A DNA stretch of 64,000 nucleotides from Candidatus Poribacteria bacterium (GTDB lineage: Bacteria > Poribacteria > WGA-4E > PCPOR2b). The stretch covers positions 4,736,001 to 4,800,000 of the forward strand of contig OZ244587.1 of the NCBI GenBank assembly GCA_965218095.1. The letters run 5' to 3'. Both the position numbers and the translations under genes were made by a program. The notes under the pieces were generated by a model. The model was not told the DNA's origin. It searched no databases and worked only from the letters and a program-made list of their open reading frames with translations. Shown here piece by piece: positions 58,762 through 64,000 of the stretch (position 1 is the first letter of the stretch; the number at the start of each line of letters is the position of its first letter).

Positions 58762-59009
58762 TCTTTATTTCCTTTCAGTATTTACGCACTTAAGGTGTAA
58801 AGCAATTGATCCAGATAGACACCCACCCTAAATTATGCTGTATATTTTTTAAACGACAAATATATTTCGGAACGGGTATATTCGTTCCTTATTGGTTCAG
58901 TTTTGTTCGTAGCTTGGCATTTGTTGGAACGCTTTTTCCGTTCCGGTTCAAGGAACTGAATATCAAATTCCGCCCTTTCCCCACCAAACGATTGTCAATT
59001 TTTCACGCA

Positions 59010-60308
59010 TTACGTCGATCCAATCGTCTCAATACCACCCATGTAAGGCGTGAGAACTTCTGGAATGCGAATACTTCCATCTTCCTGCTGATACGTTTCG
59101 AGGATTGCGATAACCAATCGTGGTAGTGCGGTCCCTGATCCGTTGAGGGTATGAACAAATTCTGGTTTTGCGCCTAGTTCACGACGGAAGCGGATATTTG
59201 CGCGACGCGCTTGGAAGTTTTCAAAGTTGCTGCACGACGAGATTTCCAGACTGAACTTTTCCTCCGTAACCGCCCATAATTCAATATCGTAACATTTTGC
59301 AGCAGCAAACGTCAGTTCGGCTGTACAGTGTTGGACGATCCGGTAGGGAAGCCCTAGGGCTTGTAAAACATCTTCAGCATCGGTCAGTAGCGATTCATGT
59401 TCATCGTAAGACGTTTCAGGGAGGGTAAACTTCACCATTTCGACCTTATCGAACTGATGGATACGCTGCAATCCCCGTGTTTCACGGCCGTAAGAACCTG
59501 CCTCACGACGGAAACAGGGCGTGTATGCAGTATAGTAGATTGGGAGATTTCTGCCCTCTAAAATTTCCTCAGCAAAGATGTTGGTGACAGGAACTTCAGC
59601 CGTTGGAATGAGAAAGAGATCGCCGGCTTCGTCCGCTTTGTTCCGGTCGCATCGGTACATATCCTCCTCAAACTTGGGCAACTGTCCCGTGCCGGTCATC
59701 GCCGGACGGTTGGCAACAAAAGGAGGGGAGATTTCGGTGTAGCCGTGTAGGGTAATGTGCATATCAAGCATGAAGCTGATGAGCGCACGCTCCAGTTTCG
59801 CACCTAACCCCTTGAACAACACAAAGTTGCTGCCGGCCAGCTTTGTGCCCCGCTGAAAGTCGATGATATCCAACGCCTCTGCAAGCTCCCAGTGGAGTTT
59901 TGGTTCAAAATCGAAGGTTCGGATTTCTCCCCATTGCTTAATTTCAGGGTTATCCGCTTCGCTGCTCCCGATCGGTGTACTTGAATGCGGCATGTTCGGA
60001 ATGTTCATCAAAATCTCATCCACTTCATTTTTATAGATTTGCGCCTGCTCATTCAACGTCTTGATCTTCTGAGAGACGTTTTTCATCTCAGCAATCTGAT
60101 CGGAGGCATCCTGCTTGTTTCTCTTGAGTTGAGCGATTTCCTTTGAAATTGTGTTTTGATAGCTTCTTAACGACTCCACCTCCCCCAACAGTGTACGCCA
60201 TTTGCGGTCAGCCTCAATGAGTTGATCTAACGGCACTGTCATCCGCCGATGTGCTAACATCGCTCGCACCACATCGGGGTTTTCGCGAATGAATTTGAGA
60301 TCTAACAC
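59010..60308 (-). CDS. serS: Serine--tRNA ligase
   Basis: [40 protein letters not shown]. Confidence 0.97.
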   Translation of the reverse strand: MLDLKFIRENPDVVRAMLAHRRMTVPLDQLIEADRKWRTLLGEVESLRSYQNTISKEIAQLKRNKQDASDQIAEMKNVSQKIKTLNEQAQIYKNEVDEILMNIPNMPHSSTPIGSSEADNPEIKQWGEIRTFDFEPKLHWELAEALDIIDFQRGTKLAGSNFVLFKGLGAKLERALISFMLDMHITLHGYTEISPPFVANRPAMTGTGQLPKFEEDMYRCDRNKADEAGDLFLIPTAEVPVTNIFAEEILEGRNLPIYYTAYTPCFRREAGSYGRETRGLQRIHQFDKVEMVKFTLPETSYDEHESLLTDAEDVLQALGLPYRIVQHCTAELTFAAAKCYDIELWAVTEEKFSLEISSCSNFENFQARRANIRFRRELGAKPEFVHTLNGSGTALPRLVIAILETYQQEDGSIRIPEVLTPYMGGIETIGST

Positions 60309-60349
60309 GAGAATAACCTCCTTCTGAGACCTTCGATCTGTAGATATGA

Positions 60350-60388
60350 AAAAGCCACAGATTGCTCAAAAACAACCTGTGGCTTTAA
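60350..60388 (-). terminator. Intrinsic terminator after the tRNA pair
   Basis: AAAGCCACAG...CTGTGGCTTT stem with a U-run on the minus strand. Confidence 0.65.
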
Positions 60389-60390
60389 AA

Positions 60391-60466
60391 CGGACCCGAC
60401 GGGATTTGAACCCGCGATCTTCTGCGTGACAGGCAGATGTGTTAAGCCAGGCTACACTACGGATCC
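60391..60466 (-). tRNA. tRNA-Asp(GTC)
   Basis: GGATCCGTAGTGTAGCCTGG...CTGCCT-GTC-ACGCAG...GGTTCAAATCCCGTCGGGTCCG; CCA not encoded. Confidence 0.95.
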
Positions 60467-60485
60467 GAGTAAGGATTTCAATTTT

Positions 60486-60562
60486 TGGTAGGCGGGACAG
60501 GGCTTGAACCTGTGACCTACGGCTTGTAAGGCCGTCGCTCTGGCCAACTGAGCTACCCGCCC
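60486..60562 (-). tRNA. tRNA-Val(TAC)
   Basis: GGGCGGGTAGCTCAGTTGG...ACGGCCT-TAC-AAGCCGT...GGTTCAAGCCCTGTCCCGCCTACCA. Confidence 0.96.
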
Positions 60563-60593
60563 AAAATCCACGACCTTCCAGAAAAGCCCATAG

Positions 60594-60622
60594 AGTATAT
60601 AACACAAAGAGACATTTGTCAA
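60594..60622 (-). promoter_or_regulatory. tRNA operon promoter
   Basis: TTGACA-17bp-TATACT on the minus strand. Confidence 0.75.
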
Positions 60623-60812
60623 GAGGAAAAGTCGTTTTTCCCAGACGGACAAGAAGGTTGACACCAGTGAATTTTTCGTTGATTTTTCGTTGGGACGTGA
60701 GTAAAATGGCAAGTAGATGCTGAATTTGTAGGCTCGGCGCAATCGATCCAAGTTGAGTTGGAAAAAATTGGGGATTGAAATCGGAAGGATCAACGAATCA
60801 GCAAGTTACATC

Positions 60813-61592
60813 TCACGCATCATCCTTCGCGCTTTTCGGTTTTATAAATGACTGCAATAAATCGATCGGTAATGGAAAAATCAGCGTAGAGTTTTTCTCG
60901 GCGGACACTTCAATCAGAGCTTGTAAATAGCGGAGTTGGATACCGATTGGATTTTTGCTTAAAGTCATCGCGGCTTCCGTTAAGGCTGCCGACGATTCCA
61001 ATTCTCCCGTTGCGTGTGTCAATTTTGCGCGACGTTCCCGTTCTGCTTCCGCCTGTTTCGCCATCGCACGCTGCATTTCCGCAGGCAGATCAACATGTTT
61101 AATCTCCATAGCAATGACGTTGATTCCCCACGCTTCGCTGTGGTTTCTGATAATCTCCTCCAGATCATGATTTAGTTTTTCGCGCTCAGACAGGAGATCA
61201 TCGAGTTCTGCGCGTCCGAGAACACTCCGAAGGGTTGTCTGTGCGAGTTGAGTAATTGCAAACCCAAAATCCTCTACCTCAACCACCGCTTTCGCTGCGT
61301 CTACGATACGGAATGTCAAAACTGCGTTCACGCTCACAGAGACGTTGTCCTTGGTGATCACGTCCTGCGGTGTAACATCCTGTACGATGGCGCGCAAACT
61401 CATACGCTGCATCCGCTCGATCCAGAATGGAATCAGCCATATCCACCCGGGCCCCCTCACGCTGACTAAACGCCCGAGTCGAAAAACAACGGCTCGCTCA
61501 TATTCTTTGAGGATACGTACAGAGGTCATCATTGCTATGATGCCAACGACCATTGCGATTCCCATTTCATTCATAAAGTTGATTTGCGGCAT
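60813..61592 (-). CDS. SPFH/band 7 (stomatin-like) protein
   Basis: [43 protein letters not shown]. Confidence 0.93.
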   Translation of the reverse strand: MPQINFMNEMGIAMVVGIIAMMTSVRILKEYERAVVFRLGRLVSVRGPGWIWLIPFWIERMQRMSLRAIVQDVTPQDVITKDNVSVSVNAVLTFRIVDAAKAVVEVEDFGFAITQLAQTTLRSVLGRAELDDLLSEREKLNHDLEEIIRNHSEAWGINVIAMEIKHVDLPAEMQRAMAKQAEAERERRAKLTHATGELESSAALTEAAMTLSKNPIGIQLRYLQALIEVSAEKNSTLIFPLPIDLLQSFIKPKSAKDDA

Positions 61593-61643
61593 TTATCTCT
61601 CCTTACTCTCTAATTTATTGGAAATAACAAGCCTAATTCAGTA

Positions 61644-62597
61644 TTATCCCTCTTCTTTGAGTTTTCTTGCATATATTGCCCAAAGGGCAAAACAGGTGGT
61701 TTGTAAATTCGCCGTTGGCTGTTCCAGTTCAATAGGAGTTGAGCTGACATAGCTTCCATCTTCCTGTTGGACACGTCTCAGATACCCGATTGCGACCTTA
61801 TCGGCGTTCAAGGGATCTTCCCCGATCACCAGTGCCAGAGTGGCATAAGCCGTAATTTCCGGATCGCTTGGTTCCCCCTTCCACTTGCCGAACCCGCCAT
61901 CCTCATTCTGCATCTGTTTCAACCACACGAGTTGCTCATTGATATCATAAACGAGCGGTAATGCCTGCAACACCCATGACGTAACTAGAACATCGGATCT
62001 CAGCCCACGACCTATTGACCAGCCGCCATCTATATTGATGAGACCGGCAAGCCAATCAGCAGCTTTGGGGACAGGGGAAAACTTCTTGTTGAAGCCAAGT
62101 TGGCCTAGCCCTGCCAAAACGGCCGCTGTATAGAGCGGATTGCCGGGTCGGTACATTTCACGGCCCCAACTTCCATCTTCGTTTTGTGCTTCCTTAATCC
62201 ATTTGAGCCCTTTAAGCCGGGCGTCCGGATCTGTCTCGGCGCGAGTTAGCGCGATTAAGGCGAAAATGGTGTGGGCGGTATTTCCGTTCCAGCTTCCATC
62301 TGCTTTCTGATGCTTTATTAAATAGCTTACCCCTCGACGGATGAGGCTTGAGCCTGTGCCCCACCCTTTTAGCATCAGCACCTGCATCGCCATAGCGGTA
62401 ATCTCAACATCACTTTCTTCACCGGGGATAAGGGGCCAACCGCCGTCGGGATTCTGGTGTTCGACGATATACGATGAAGCAAATTTAAGGGTCTCATAAA
62501 TCGATTCCGCAGCTATCCCCGCTGTTGAGTGGAAACTCAACGAAACAAGCAGTAAACAGACCCACAATTTACGGATAACATATCGAAGTATTTTCAT
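61644..62597 (-). CDS. Secreted prenyltransferase/squalene-oxidase repeat protein
   Basis: Signal-like N-terminus; repeated QNxDGxW (QW-type) motifs. Confidence 0.85.
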   Translation of the reverse strand: MKILRYVIRKLWVCLLLVSLSFHSTAGIAAESIYETLKFASSYIVEHQNPDGGWPLIPGEESDVEITAMAMQVLMLKGWGTGSSLIRRGVSYLIKHQKADGSWNGNTAHTIFALIALTRAETDPDARLKGLKWIKEAQNEDGSWGREMYRPGNPLYTAAVLAGLGQLGFNKKFSPVPKAADWLAGLINIDGGWSIGRGLRSDVLVTSWVLQALPLVYDINEQLVWLKQMQNEDGGFGKWKGEPSDPEITAYATLALVIGEDPLNADKVAIGYLRRVQQEDGSYVSSTPIELEQPTANLQTTCFALWAIYARKLKEEG

Positions 62598-62692
62598 TGG
62601 TTCTCTTGGTGTTGCTTTTTGCTGATGGAATTGGTTAAACTGGGAGTGATTGGTGAGCGGGCACTAACCACTCCACCACTTGCCACTCTACC

Positions 62693-63817
62693 TCACTGAT
62701 GTGGCTCAATAACAACCTTATAGACCCCTTCTTGACCAAGTATCTGGATGCCTTCCTCCAGGCGAGTCAAGGGGAGATGATGGGTAATCAAATCCTTCAG
62801 GGGCGCATGGGTTCGCTCTAAAAAATCTAAGGCGGTTTGGAATTGAATCTGCGGATATGCCCACACACCACAGATATCGAGATCTTTATTGCAGATTTGA
62901 TGTGGACGCACTTGAATGGAACCCGAATCGGTATAGTGTCCCACCTCAATCACCTTTCCACCACGTCGCACGACATCCAGAGCTTCGGCGAAAACGCCCG
63001 GCAGCCCGGCACATTCGATCGCGATGTCCGCCCCGGTGCCGTGCGTCAGATCTTGAACTTGCTCAAGGCGTTCTTCAGCGGAGGTTTTGGCGACGTTGAG
63101 AACGACATCCGCCCCCATATTTTTTGCCATGTCCAGACGGCTGTCCACAATATCTGTGGCGATAATTGTGCCAGCTCCCGTGCTGCGGAGAACCGCAATC
63201 ACGAGGAGCCCAATCGGACCGCAACCGAGAACTGCAACGCTATTCCCAATCCCGTACCCCGCCCCAACTTGCGGGATGCCCGGCGCACATGCACGCTCCA
63301 CAGCACGGGTCGCCACAGCGACCGGCTCCGTTAAAACTCGCAGTTCTTCAGGGATGCTCTCTGGCACCTTAAAAACCCAGGAGTTACCGTGGATGTAGGT
63401 ATATTCAGCAAACTCCCCTGTCAGGTGGGGTGGGTTCTCACAGTTGCTGAACCCGTAGATCGTTCGATTTGTGCACAACGTCGGACGGTGTGGGAAACGT
63501 AAACAGTAATAACACCTCTCACAGTTTTTCGACCCGGGCACCACAGTAATCCGATCGCCTTCTTGAATCGGGCCGCCCATCACATGCATCACCTGATTTG
63601 CATCTTTGCCAATTTCGGCGATGGTGCCAACGACTTCGTGTCCCGGAATCACCGGAAAGTTTAGATTCGTATGACCGAGATACATATGCTTGTCGCTGCC
63701 ACAAATCCCAACCTGATCTACTTGAAGCAGCAACGCGTCGTTGGCAGGCGCCGGTTTTTCAAATTCACGGATTTCGATCTGTCCCGGCTCTGGCATCACC
63801 GCAGCCTGTACTTGCAT
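62693..63817 (-). CDS. Zinc-dependent alcohol/sugar dehydrogenase (MDR family)
   Basis: GICGSD, PGHEVVG, CERCYYC...C, GCGPIG. Confidence 0.92.
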   Translation of the reverse strand: MQVQAAVMPEPGQIEIREFEKPAPANDALLLQVDQVGICGSDKHMYLGHTNLNFPVIPGHEVVGTIAEIGKDANQVMHVMGGPIQEGDRITVVPGSKNCERCYYCLRFPHRPTLCTNRTIYGFSNCENPPHLTGEFAEYTYIHGNSWVFKVPESIPEELRVLTEPVAVATRAVERACAPGIPQVGAGYGIGNSVAVLGCGPIGLLVIAVLRSTGAGTIIATDIVDSRLDMAKNMGADVVLNVAKTSAEERLEQVQDLTHGTGADIAIECAGLPGVFAEALDVVRRGGKVIEVGHYTDSGSIQVRPHQICNKDLDICGVWAYPQIQFQTALDFLERTHAPLKDLITHHLPLTRLEEGIQILGQEGVYKVVIEPHQ

Positions 63818-64000
63818 TTTGAGAACTCCTTTTTAAGCCTTAACCCGATTTGGGCTTGCAATCTCGTATGATGACGCAATCGCCCCTCCCCTTTTGTATT
63901 CTTCGACAAAGAGGAAAAGACAGGTAAGAAGCATTGAGGTTTACGAGCCATCGGCTTCAGGTACAATCACCACTCTTCCACCTAACATAGATATTATGGC

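Noticed and set aside
60597-60607. TTGTGTTATAT in the tRNA promoter (minus strand) matches mini-CRISPR spacer positions 5-15
   Set aside because: Seed positions 1-4 mismatch and there is no GTN PAM, so it is unlikely to be a target

Overview
Bacterial chromosomal window (genetic code 11). The gene families present (paralogous membrane-anchored Pro/Val-rich and DUF4159 proteins, PhyH dioxygenase, long TPR protein, Uma2, SelA-like PLP enzymes) suggest a Poribacteria-like lineage; this is inference only. Housekeeping and metabolic genes (argG, leuS, hinT, rnj, pdxA, mobA, moeA, serS, tRNA-Val, tRNA-Asp) are interspersed with gene remnants, MITE-like elements and GTAG-type REP palindromes. The centre holds a complete type I-D CRISPR-Cas locus: WYL regulator, cas3', cas10d with an internal cas11d start, cas7, cas5, cas6, an antisense RelE/HTH toxin-antitoxin pair, a cas4-cas1 fusion, cas2, and an array of about 63 repeats (manual count). 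The most notable feature is a compact module just upstream of cas3. A promoter-driven mini-CRISPR has a short spacer that matches a site just downstream of a near-consensus promoter for an unknown 79-aa ORF, with a GTG PAM and only position 6 mismatched over 15 nt. A separately promoted convergent RNA of about 50 nt follows. This is a candidate Cascade-repressed toxin or autoregulation system in type I-D. Other highlights: a full-length degenerate CRISPR repeat embedded in-frame in cas1, a 78-bp REP-containing tandem array between cas1 and cas2, a Leu-rich leader-peptide attenuator before leuS, and a rhodanese with UGA (probable selenocysteine) at its catalytic position. All family assignments are from motif recognition, not database searches.
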